From Tubiluchus corallicola (Eukaryota; Animalia; Priapulida): 26,458 nt of DNA. The stretch spans positions 1 through 26,458 of the forward strand of contig JAQGDQ010001761.1 in the NCBI GenBank assembly GCA_030141605.1, in the 5' to 3' direction. Every line of letters begins with the position of its first letter. Within the stretch, counting starts at the first letter, position 1. The position numbers and the translations under genes were made by a program. Under the pieces are notes generated by a model. It saw only the letters and a program-made list of their open reading frames with translations, had not been told where the DNA came from and made no database searches. Positions 1-10,466 of this stretch are shown piece by piece.

Positions 1-180
1 ACTATCAGATGCAACTACATTGTTTTAAATTCATTTTATTTGTGATAAAACACTCAGCTTATAACTACATGAGGTATCTTTACTATCAGATGCAACTACA
101 TTGTTTTAAATTCATTTTATTTGTGATAAAACACTCAGCTTATAACTATGTGAGGTTTCTTTACGATTAGATGCAATTGC
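1..180. repeat. 81-bp tandem repeat, 2+ copies, cut by the window edge
   Basis: actatcagatgcaactacattg... starts at 1 and 82; degenerate third start at about 163. Confidence 0.9.
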
Positions 181-772
181 TTTTATAGCCACGTGAGGCC
201 AATGAATAATAACGTGGAGGGAAATCGTTATAAAATTTTCAATTTATAGTGCAATCGTAGTTAAACCACCGTAACAAAAAATGTGTCCAACTTACCAAAA
301 ATTAAAACCTGACTAAAATGTCTTTAGGTTGAGTTCTAAAAAACTAGCAGACGGCTCACTTAAGTTAAAACAGTTCTCATGAGTTAGAATAAAAAGCTCA
401 ATGAATCCACAGAAATTTACAATTAAATCAAAAAATGGTCCCATAATCACCCACTCAGTATGTAATTGGGTTCAGATGCCAAGTACACACGTTCTAACCC
501 TTTAGAGAAGCTTGTTCAATTTCCTGATAAAGATTTCTCATTCACTCAGACATAAACTGTGTCATTTGTAAACCATTCATCATCAGTCAAACGAATGTAA
601 GTAGGCATTTCAAAATCACAAATTAATATCATTTATCCTCATCCTCCCGGCTTCATCCGGTCATAGTACCTTTTGTACAAATCCGGAACAGATTATGAAA
701 GACAAACTTCGTTCTCACTGACAGTCTCAACGACAGCTTCTTTAGCATACCTTTACTGATAACTATAGCTGG

Positions 773-836
773 CTATTTCACAACCTCGTTTAGATTGTAC
801 TTGTGAACTAAAACATCTATTGTAGATTGGTAAGAC
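773..836 (-). CDS. YRDC: YRDC last coding exon (SYQSTIDVLVHKYNLNEVVK*)
   Basis: Acceptor ttcttacag with matching phase 2; resembles the metazoan YRDC C-terminal helix (..L..KY.L); TAG stop. Confidence 0.8.
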
Positions 837-3800
837 CTGTAAGAATAACATTGTCGTAAGTATCCTTAAAATGATGTATTCAGATTAATACCTTTAATTC
901 TGAATATGTTGCATGAGATTAGTGATGCAGTCAATACTTTGAATACTGCAGATTAAGAAATAAAAATATATGTTTCAACTATAGTATTCGAAGTATTGCA
1001 TCAGTAATCTGACACAACATATTCAGAATTAAAGGTAATAATAAAAACACAATATTTTAACGATACTTATGACTAAACTAGCATGTTACAACTTTGTATA
1101 AAACATTAAATGACATGATGTACTTGTTACACAAATACTGGCAATTGCGGCAGGAATTTATCTAACAATCAAGTTTCATCTTCTGAATTATCTAACAGTC
1201 AAATATCAAGTACAATCAAGATGAGGCACTGAGAAGCCAAAAACGACTTTCGCAGTCAACCAATTTACTATGCAGGTCAAGTATTGCTTAACTTCAAATG
1301 CAAAATGCAGACGCAAAATGCAGACAGTGACCATTCAACTATTCTTCTTATCCTTTATATGAAACAATAGAATTTTGAAATTTACCGCAGTTATGAACGA
1401 TTAAAGTTTAGTAGTGTATGCTTGCACACTATGCACAGCAGAAAGTACTGTGTAATATATCAAATACTAGTAATCCAAACACCATTTTCATTTGATAATA
1501 TTATAGCAAGCTGACTACTATACAGTTTAAGATACAACAGTGCGTGTACAATTTTAATCTTTAAGAACAAAGTTAGGATTGTTTCCCAGTTCAAATTCAA
1601 GTGTGACATTAGTGCACTCTTTTGTTCCACATTCTTTTCTTTTTATATTAAACATAATTTTAAAAAATGCAATAGATGATGGACACATTTACTCATTCCA
1701 TCATTATGGACAGTCTAAAAATTAATAACAACTATAATTGTTATTAAAGCTACGTGAAAGGTAATTAACAGCCTTACCTTTTGCTACCTTCTCGGACGAT
1801 TTTAAAATATCCCTTCTCAGAAAGGTCTATCACTGTTGATCCCTGTCTGGAATTACCGGAATCCTCCAACTTTCCACCATCAAAAACCAAATCCAACTTT
1901 GGCCACAATTCTCTAAATTCCTGAGACACAAACAACTCATATTATTACTCCAATATAACAAAAAGAACAAGTAAAGTCAATAAATGTCTTAACACCAAAT
2001 AATTTCATGAGTAGTTACTATGCTACAACATAAATTTTTTTTATTCAAAATGTAACATAATTCAGTAGTTATTATCAGGACTTGGAAGAAGTTAAAGGCT
2101 GACCACATGGTCATTCAGTCCACTGTGAGTGTTGGTCAGTGTTGAAGGATCATGTGCATATGGACACTGCCAGGCAAATCTGAATATTATTCAAGTTTGA
2201 CCATATCAGGCAGGTCCTTATTTTCATCAGTATCAGTCATCATCCTCAGAAAAAACAGCCAATAATAATGTGTGCTGCTGACTCAACCAGGAGAACAGCC
2301 AATAATAATGTGTGCTGCTGACTCAACCAGGAGAACAGCCAATAATAATGTGTGCTGCTGACTCAACTAGGAGAACAGCCAATAATAATGTGTGCTGCTG
2401 ACTCAACTAGGAGAACAGCCAATAATAATGTGTGCTGCTGACTCAACTAGAAAAACAGCCAATAATAATGTGTGCTGCTGACTCAACTAGAAAAACAGCC
2501 AATAATAATGTGTGCTGCTGACTCAACTAGAAAAACAGCCAATAATAATGTGTGCTGCTGACTCAACTAGAAAAACAGCCAATAATAATGTGTGCTGCTG
2601 ACTCAACTAGAAAAACAGCCAATAATAATGTGTGCTGCTGACTCAACTAGAAAAACAGCCAATAATAATGTGTGCTACTGACTCAACTAGAAAAACAGCC
2701 AATAATAATGTGTGCTGCTGACTCAACTAGGAGAACAGCCAATAATAATGTGTGCTGCTGACTCAACCAGGAGAACAGCCAATAATAATGTGTGCTACTG
2801 ACTCAACTAGAAAAACAGCCAATAAGAATGTGTGCTGCTGACTCAACTAGGAGAACAGCCAACAATGTGTGCTACTGACTCAACTAGAAAAACAGCCAAT
2901 AAGAATGTGTGCTGCTGACTCAACTAGAAAAACAGCCAATAAGAATGTGTGCTGCTGACTCAACTAGAAAAACAGCCAATAATAATGTGTGCTACTGACT
3001 CAACTAGGAGAACAGCCAATAATAATGTGTGCTGCTGACTCAACTAGAAAAACAGCCAATAATAATGTGTGCTGCTGACTCAACTAGGAGAACAGCCAAT
3101 AATAATGTGTGCTGCTGACTCAACTAGGAGAACAGCCAATAATAATGTTTGCTGCTGACTCAACTACAAGAACAGCCAATAATAATGTATGCTGCTGACT
3201 CAACTACAAGAACAGCCAATAATAATGTGTGCTGCTGACTCAACTAGGAAAACAGCCAATAATAATGTGTGCTGCTGACTCAACCAGGAGAACAGCCAAT
3301 AATAATGTTTGCTGCTGACTCAACTAGGAGAACAGCCAATAATAATGTGTGCTGCTGACTCAACTAGGAGAACAGCCAATAATAATGTGTGCTGCTGACT
3401 CAACTAGGAGAACAGCCAATAATAATGTTTGCTGCTGACTCAACTAGGAGAACAGCCAATAATAATGTGTGCTGCTGACTCAACCAGGAGAACAGCCAAT
3501 AATAATGTGTGCTGCTGACTCAACTAGGAAAACAGCCAATAATAATGTGTGCTGCTGACTCAACCAGGAGAACAGCCAATAATAATGTTTGCTGCTGACT
3601 CAACTAGGAGAACAGCCAATAATAATGTATGCTTGCTGTTACTGGCAACAAATTATCAACAAAAGTCTCTAAATTTTTATAAGTGCAAGAGAACAAAACT
3701 TTTCTTGGATGACTGTACAAAGATGAGGACAAGATTGTGGAATTCATAGCACATTTTGCAGACTTGTACAAAGGAAATGTATAGGTACTTGCACGTGCAT

Positions 3801-6800
3801 TGCCATTTGCACCATTATGAGCAAAAGCCTAAACCATATTACTTTGATATATGGGCCTTTTTCTGTCATTCTTCTGAATTAAAGGCAAAAATTTACCAAC
3901 TAAGTGATTGATCGTACTTGTGTCACTTAATTTAATTTTAATTTAATTTTTTAAACGTAATTTAAAAAGTTCTTTATGTTTCTTTTCTCGATTCCTGAAA
4001 TATTTGATAGTAATTTCCTATTTTGTTTCTTGATGTTTCTATACTTCATTAAACAGTTACGTGAAGAGTAGGTCTAACAGTCAGGGGAAAATTGACCACA
4101 TAAACACAGTTTGGTGTCTTGAATCTGACGACTGTTAAACTCTATTATGGCTAGATATTTAGGAGTCTGTTAGTTGTTTCATATTTCATCATTTTGCAAA
4201 TCAGACCGGCAAAACTCAATGCCGAATGCTCATGAATCATTGCTAAATACAAATGACCAAGGATAATCGTTTAAACACTGAACTTGCAGAGCCATCTTAA
4301 CCATTTTAATAAATTCATTGTCTCTTAAAATAAATAAATGGCCGAATCTTGTAAAAATATAAGCAAACTTGCACAATATGATTTTAGGTCTAACCAAATT
4401 AACGCAAACTGCAAGACACGTACAAAGCACAATTTTTACAAATGAAAAGCTGAGCAGAAGTATTTTAAAACTCTAGGATGAATAATACTTTCACATTTAA
4501 CGTGAACCCATGTCCCACGCTGAATGTAGGGTTCCAAAAGTAGATATCCTGCCTAATATTTACAACAAAATGAAAGCCATACCACATGGAAACCTGAAAA
4601 CTACATGGATCAAATTGTAGACGCAAAGGGAAGCATTAAATTAAGCAGGCTCTTTAAGAAAACATACCATAAAAGTACAACAGATAACCATTGACAAACT
4701 ACCCTTTTTAACTTAACAATTTCTTGTTCAAAATCGGTTTCCTGGACATTATTATTGTTCAGGCGAATGTTTCATTGACAAAATATAACGTAGCATTGTA
4801 GCTTCAAAAGTGGAAATGCGCACAAACCTCAACACATACGCTGCTAGGATTACTACTGATGTTTGCACTTGTAAGAGCCAAAGGTTCATTGCATTCTTTC
4901 AACAGATGACTACAGAACGGATGATCTGGAATTCTTATTCCCACTAATGTCGTGTTCGGATTCAGATTAGGATTAAGCTGCGGAGTTCTTTCAAATATCA
5001 CAGTTGTTGGACCTGGAAGTAGATCGTGCAATAGCTGTTCAGGCACTGTAGTTTTGGCCCATCTAACAAAAGAAAAAAGCAAAATTTTACTGATTATAAC
5101 CTAAACAGAAATGTTGAAACCATTAGCAGATTACTAAAACATTTGCAAGTGGTCACAGAGAAGATATTGATTTCAGACAAGGTGGACTCATTATCAAAGC
5201 TAAGATCTCTAAACTGGCAGAGGTGTTGTCACCTGCATTTTGATCCTCGCTCAAAAGGGTTAACCAGGTAAAACTGTATTGTGAAAAAATTACGCAAAGA
5301 GAACATTGAAATATAAGAAGCCAAGAGGTATCAGCGACCAGCCCCAACATTGATCGTGAAGCCGTTGGCCATTCATCCCTCTATAATGATACAAATATTT
5401 ATGACTAAATAATTTAAAGCACAAGAAAACACTCTTCATAAATAAACCTTAGAAAACTGAAATTTTATATTGCTGTCTTGTTGCACAGAAGGTTTGCGTT
5501 AATAGCAACGCTGTACAAAACTAGTAAATTTAAAGTCCCGCGATGAGAGCTGGGGCAGCCATTTTAATCGTAAGTCAACTAAAACAAGTTCAGATAGCAT
5601 TGCACAAGGTTTGAAAAAACAATCAGAGCAATTGTAGCACATTCTTCACCACTAAGAAAAAGTTAAAATTACTTTATATTGTCAATAAGATCAATAATGC
5701 GTTTTTCGGTGAATCAGTGGTGCGCACTGGGATAGCGATGGAGCGCAGTTTTACCAGGTGGCCCAAATATTTTATATTATAAAGACATGTCTATTTTTTC
5801 TATTTTTCTATGTCCCAAGCAGGTAAGCATAAGTATTATGAGTTTGTATGGATAGTTGTTTGGGATCTTCATGAAAATTCCATTTTCTTCACCTTTAAAT
5901 AGTAGTAGTTGTAATATTTTTATTGTCATTACGACCAACAAAATTACATGTACATTTCTAATAACGATACGTGTAACGCGCAATGTTACACACGGCACAA
6001 ATATAGCGCAAAATACACAGCAATGGCAGTAAAATTTTTTAATATAATAACATCCAGAAAGGTAATAATAACCAGATAACAATTTAGTGATAGAATTTTA
6101 GTTACCTTAACTTAACTGTCACTTACATAAATAAATTTAGAATATCGCTAAAAATTTTCCGCAGGTTAAAGGATTGATATTACGAAACTCCAAAACATTA
6201 CCTAAATTTAGATTGTATTTTTCTCTCTCGGCTTTTGTTAATTTACAAACAGTAACGACGTGTTCTTCATCTTGCACTGCATTACTGCAGGGACACAGCC
6301 TTAGGTCGTGTGGGACAGGGGGTCCATGCCAACGTCCTGCGTTACTGCAGGGACACAGCCTTAGGTCATGTGGGACAGGGGGTCCATGCCATCGTCCTGC
6401 GTTACTGCAGGGACACAGCCTTAGGTCGTGTGGGACAGGGAGTCCATGCCAACGTCCTGCGTTACTGCAGGGGCACAGCCTTAGGTCATGTGGGACAAGG
6501 GGTCTATGCCATCGTCCTGTGTTACTGCAGGGACACAGCCTTAAGTCGTGTGGGATAGAGGGTCCATGCCATCGTCCTGCGTTACTGCAGGGACACAGCC
6601 GTAAGTCGTGTGGGACAAGGAGTCTATGCCAACGTCCTCTCTCAACTTTCAGTCTGTGAGAAGACAGAACAAAACAGCTGAAGTTAATTCTAAGAGCATC
6701 AGGAACAGTACATTTATAAATTTCATGTTTTTCTGCAGAGGGATTTAACATTAAGTAAGTGGTGAATCTAGTCTTTGTTTGACTTTCTCTTGTAATGCAT

Positions 6801-7044
6801 TCTAGGCTGCTTCTTGAACAATGATCAAAACAACGCTTGAATACATACTTGTAAATCTCGCTAACATCATGAACTGCAATGGCTATTGGCTTGACAAAAT
6901 CCCTGCCCTTGATGTTATAGAGGTTATTCACAGCTTCAGAGTTTTGTGCTATAGCAGCAATGCCATACACTGTATCTGTCGGGAATGCGATAACATTTCC
7001 AGAGAGAAGGCTCCTCGCTGCAAAGCCTAGACTTTCCTTCATAT
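773..7044 (-). CDS. YRDC: YRDC/Sua5 threonylcarbamoyl-AMP synthase, spliced gene: complement(join(773..836,1778..1920,4828..5062,6849..7044)); 211 aa if started at ATG 7042
   Basis: Spliced translation has YrdC motifs AFPTDTVYG, KGR..KP, LLPGPTT, VGIRIPDH, LALTSANIS, FDGG and GSTVIDLS. All introns are GT-AG with consistent phases; stop TAG at 775-773. The 5' end is uncertain. Confidence 0.95.
853..1073. mobile_element. Foldback/hairpin MITE-like element (~220 bp)
   Basis: Outer arms 853-872 and 1054-1073 match 18/20; inner arms 889-911 and 1015-1037 are a perfect 23-bp inverted repeat, with further pairing inside. Confidence 0.7.
1778..1920 (-). CDS. YRDC: YRDC coding exon C (EFRELWPKLDLVFDGG...GSTVIDLSEKGYFKIVREGSK)
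   Basis: Not in the ORF track; manual translation. Acceptor tctcag, donor gtaagg; DGG, STV and REG motifs. Confidence 0.92.
2251..3632. repeat. 40-bp minisatellite, 34 full copies plus a partial, in a YRDC intron
   Basis: Unit RARAACAGCCAATAATAATGTGTGCTGCTGACTCAACYAG; one 37-bp copy at 2851. Confidence 0.98.
4828..5062 (-). CDS. YRDC: YRDC coding exon B (WAKTTVPEQLLHDLLPGP...TSANISSNPSSVCVE)
   Basis: Acceptor tttgttag, donor gtttgt; phase 2 in, phase 0 out; PGP, GIRIP and TSAN motifs. Confidence 0.95.
5899..6815 (-). mobile_element. 5'-truncated non-LTR retrotransposon 3' end (ORF2 C-terminal Cys/His knuckle, 3'UTR, AATAAA and (ACT)n tail), sense to YRDC
   Basis: Translation TYLMLNP..H.IY..FVLSSHRLKVERGRW..RLCPC..VQDEEHVVTVC..R.KY matches the LINE ORF2 C-terminal pattern; AATAAA at 5924-5919 is followed by ACTACTACT. 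Confidence 0.8.
6277..6638. repeat. 60-bp tandem repeat x6 inside the LINE fragment (GRWHGPPVPHDLRLCPCSNA on minus)
   Basis: Units start at 6281, 6341, 6401, 6461, 6521 and 6581; no indels. Confidence 0.97.
6849..7044 (-). CDS. YRDC: YRDC coding exon A (MKESLGFAARSLLSGNVIAFPTDTVYG...KPIAIAVHDVSEIYK)
   Basis: Acceptor tttcag at 7045, donor gtatgt at 6848; PTDTVYG and KGRxxxKP motifs. Confidence 0.92.
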
Positions 7045-7725
7045 CTGAAATTAACATGTTAGTGTAGAAAGGGAAATAATTATGCAAATCTTTAAACGGA
7101 AACATCACATTAATATTCAACACTTTGGTTTTACAGTATTATTTTAAAATCAAGCTTTTAATTTCAGGCCAGTTTATGCGAAGTGCAGCAATGAAAAATA
7201 GTGTTCCATTCACTAGAAAATTTATCAATAATTTTTTTATGCAAGCCTCACCGTGCTGGGACAACTCAAAATAAAAACAAGTAAATAAATTATACAGATT
7301 TGTTTATGAGTATCCTAACGGTAACACTTTCAGAATGCAGTGGGCGACATTTGCCACATTTCAACTCTCCTAATTTGACCGAAACTCCGAGAGGCATCCG
7401 ATTTTCATATATTTGTCCAGAAGTAAAATCACTCTATTATCATGCTAGACAACAAGTTTTAAGAAAATTACAAAGGATGCGGGAAGCATATTCAAATTCA
7501 AATTGAGCTCGTATTCTCTCACTGTTGCAAAAGGTTGGCCTGACAACAAATGAACTCTCAAATGCATACACAATTCTAACTGGTATGCGATCTTATTTGT
7601 AGGAAGCTTCAAAGTTCAAGTCATACACTAAATAGCTCATTTTTATGGCATCTTATTTCTATGACAAGATTACGTTTTAACCTCAATCGTCTTCCTCTAA
7701 CGTGTTACTCTCCAGTTTTGCATAT

Positions 7726-7738
7726 CAAAAATGGCGCC
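7726..7738 (-). promoter_or_regulatory. YY1-type motif (GGCGCCATTTTTG on minus), likely near the YRDC transcription start
   Basis: AAAATGGCG motif about 700 bp upstream of the first recognisable YRDC exon; typical of housekeeping TSS regions. Confidence 0.4.
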
Positions 7739-7898
7739 TTGCAAGTAACATGTGCTTATATAGTATAATGTTTGGTACCAACATCTTCTTCTAACACTTT
7801 CACTTATAATTAATTTATTGTTGTATTTTACATGACTTTATTCACACTTTGGAAATAACTGACACAAGGCTAAAGTATTTACAATTCAAAGGAAGTTT

Positions 7899-8632
7899 GG
7901 CACTATTACACTTTCGCACCGCCTAGCTTTTCCTGGCCTATTGGTTGTTTTCACGCCTGCAAGCCAGAAAGCAGACGAACAGGCGTAATATACACCATAT
8001 TCCCATTATATTATTGCTTCTTAGGCTTTACAATTCCAGATTAAAATCATACATTACTTAGCGCCGCCATTACGCAAAAAGCTCCACGTTAATAACCGTG
8101 TTAATAACTAATGTGCAATCGCTCTCGCGCAGTGACGATGTGGCCCTTAACATGTATTTTTAGTTTTTTTGCATAATTTATGATTATTAGGGTTGCAGCC
8201 ACGGGAGTTTGTATCGTATCGCGAAAAATTATTTTAGACCACTGCAGTTATTTATCATTAATTTTATTTATTACTGTAGTATTATTACTATTAGATTATA
8301 AAAAAAGTAAAGGTTTTTTCTTTATTTCATAAATGCGGTGAAGATGAAATTGTGTCACGTGCTTTTAAGCTAGGCCCTGATAATGCATAAACTAGTACGA
8401 AATTCGTCACGTGACTAACACACACAAACAAGATGGCGATACAACGTGTATAGGTGTAGAACTGTGAATACAGCGTAATTATTGGTAATTATACCTAAAT
8501 ATATGATTAAATTACATTTAGATTAGCGGAAACATTCACTGATGATGTAAAAATAATAGAATAATGATGTACGAGCCTAGAAACGAGTAATAACCTAGAA
8601 AAAGCTAGGCGGTGCGAAAGTGTAATAGCGCC
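7899..8632. mobile_element. Non-autonomous DNA transposon (MITE), 734 bp, 33-bp TIR, 8-bp TSD (Merlin- or MULE-like GG termini)
   Basis: TIR GGCRCTATTACACTTTCGCACCGCCTAGCTTTT at 7899-7931 and 8600-8632 (1 mismatch); TSD GGAAGTTT at 7891-7898 and 8633-8640. Confidence 0.93.
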
Positions 8633-9164
8633 GGAAGTTTTACATATTTATGATCACAGTTTTAAACTAAAAAACTTTTAAAAGTAAAGATCTAGAGCCA
8701 ACAAAAATTAATTAATGTCATCTAGTCATTTCTAACCTGTGAAATCATTCAAAAAAATGTTCCTCATTCTCTTATTGTTTTGTATGAGATTGCTACTTTC
8801 AGATTTTGTTAACATTCTGGCTATATGACTGCTTATCACAAGACGATCAGGAAAAAAATTACAACAGTGCCTCAATTTATTCATAAAGCACTCGGTATAC
8901 TCTAGAACGTGATTTAAACAAACTTAAGCTGCCTAAAAACAAGCTTCCATAACATTTCCTCATATAATGTATTAAAAGTAACAAGTCTGCTTGTATCGAA
9001 GATTACAAGTAACCAGCAGCTCAAAATTAATGAATTTCATCACCGCATGGACGCAGACATATTTATTAGCTAATTCAACGCACCGCCCGCAAAAATTACA
9101 ACATTCAAAACGACCAGCACCCCAGGAGAACTTCGCACAAGAAACCTGCGTATTTTATTAACAC

Positions 9165-9591
9165 CAGGGTTGAGGATTCTCAACCAGAAAGCGAATTCAA
9201 ATCAAATCGATTTTGTGATTTTCGAATTCGAATCGAACCGTACTTCAGTATTTCGAATTCGAATTGAGACTGAAATTTTTCGAACAAGTTTGCGAACCAC
9301 CAGAAAAATTAGTCATTCAAAAATCTTGCACATTACTCAATTTTGTTCTGCAGTAAAACCACAAATAATTTGCTTAAAATTGTGCAGAGAAACCACAGCT
9401 AAATTATTCTAATTGCATGATGTTTCAATCGTTCTAATGATAAATAACGTAAAAGATTGAAGTGCGTAATTATTCGAGTCTAAAGTTCAGATTCGATTCG
9501 AATTCGAACTAAAAAAACTCGTTCGAATCGAATTCGAACGTTTGATGTTCGCTTCTAATTTACACTTGTTAAAGTTTGAGTATCCCACCTA
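9165..9591. mobile_element. Degenerate hAT-like MITE with TTCGAA-rich subterminal repeats
   Basis: Clusters of (T)TCGAAT/ATTCGA at 9190-9290 and 9470-9550; weak terminal inverted similarity; no clean TSD. Confidence 0.5.
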
Positions 9592-9984
9592 CACCAAGAA
9601 TTATTTGGTGCTTCAGTGTGTATGAGGGATTTCGTAACTTTTATGCCACAACTTTTATGCCACACCTTTATGCTGGGCAGCTAAAGACTTACCAACTTAC
9701 CAACATATGAAAATGTAATTTAAACAATCTATCACTGCCCACACTAATTAATTTCTATTATTGAAGACAGTGCAACTTGCGGTCTTAAGGAGCGTCATCA
9801 GAGCTGCTACTAAAAATATCTAAGTTTGATTTTTTTCTATCAAGCTGAATGGGTTGGAAATTTACCAGAACAGAGACGTCTAAAAAACATACCAGTCATT
9901 CAGTTTTCAAGAGGTAATTAAACCTGTGGAACATCTGCAACAAGTGTTAGAGGATTGTGCGTGTGTTGCATTCTTGCATGCGTG

Positions 9985-9986
<2 letters not shown>

Positions 9987-10062
<76 letters not shown>
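9987..10062. repeat. (TG)38 microsatellite
   Basis: Direct reading; explains the HT/CV-repeat ORFs. Confidence 0.98.
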
Positions 10063-10063
<1 letters not shown>

Positions 10064-10466
10064 ACGCATGTGTTTGTACATCTCTGCCAAATCGAAGGCA
10101 TTCAGAAATTAGCCTCAAGTGCATTAAGGCACAATACACTGATCCACATAAAATTTTTCAGCCTTGCTCCTGCTGATGAACTTTATCTTATACAACTTCT
10201 TCATCATCGTTAATCAGGTACTTTTATGAATCGTTTGCTGTTCTTTGTTGATTTTATAACATAAAATTCCGGCCAAATGAGATTATTTTTGTTAAAACGT
10301 GCATCATTTCCTTTAACTAGATCACAATTTTAGTCTGATTGCATCACATAATGTTTTGAGCTGCTTGTTTATGTGTTTGCAGTTTCAGATCTAATCTGGT
10401 ATTACGTCATTGTCGTAACGTGGGTAATTATTGTGCAAATCAAAACTTATTATTATTATTATTATT

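Noticed and set aside
2251-3632. CRISPR-like array
   Set aside because: Contiguous near-identical units with no unique spacers, no cas genes and a eukaryotic intron context; the same applies to 23672-24205
3549-5350. Short ORFs at 3549, 4230 and 5153 (and similar ones at 7300, 9170, 10373, 13222, 17083, 18607, 21171, 23290 and 25577)
   Set aside because: No recognisable motifs, mostly non-ATG starts, and located in introns, repeats or MITEs
6174-6659. Plus-strand repeat ORFs (161 aa and 82 aa)
   Set aside because: Antisense shadows of the 60-bp repeat; the minus frame matches a LINE ORF2
6137-7123. 328-aa ORF as the normal YRDC product
   Set aside because: YrdC similarity stops at the GT donor at 6848 and resumes in phase at 5062; read-through is kept only as a hypothesis
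9907-10213. HT/CV-repeat ORFs
   Set aside because: Translations of the (TG)38 microsatellite
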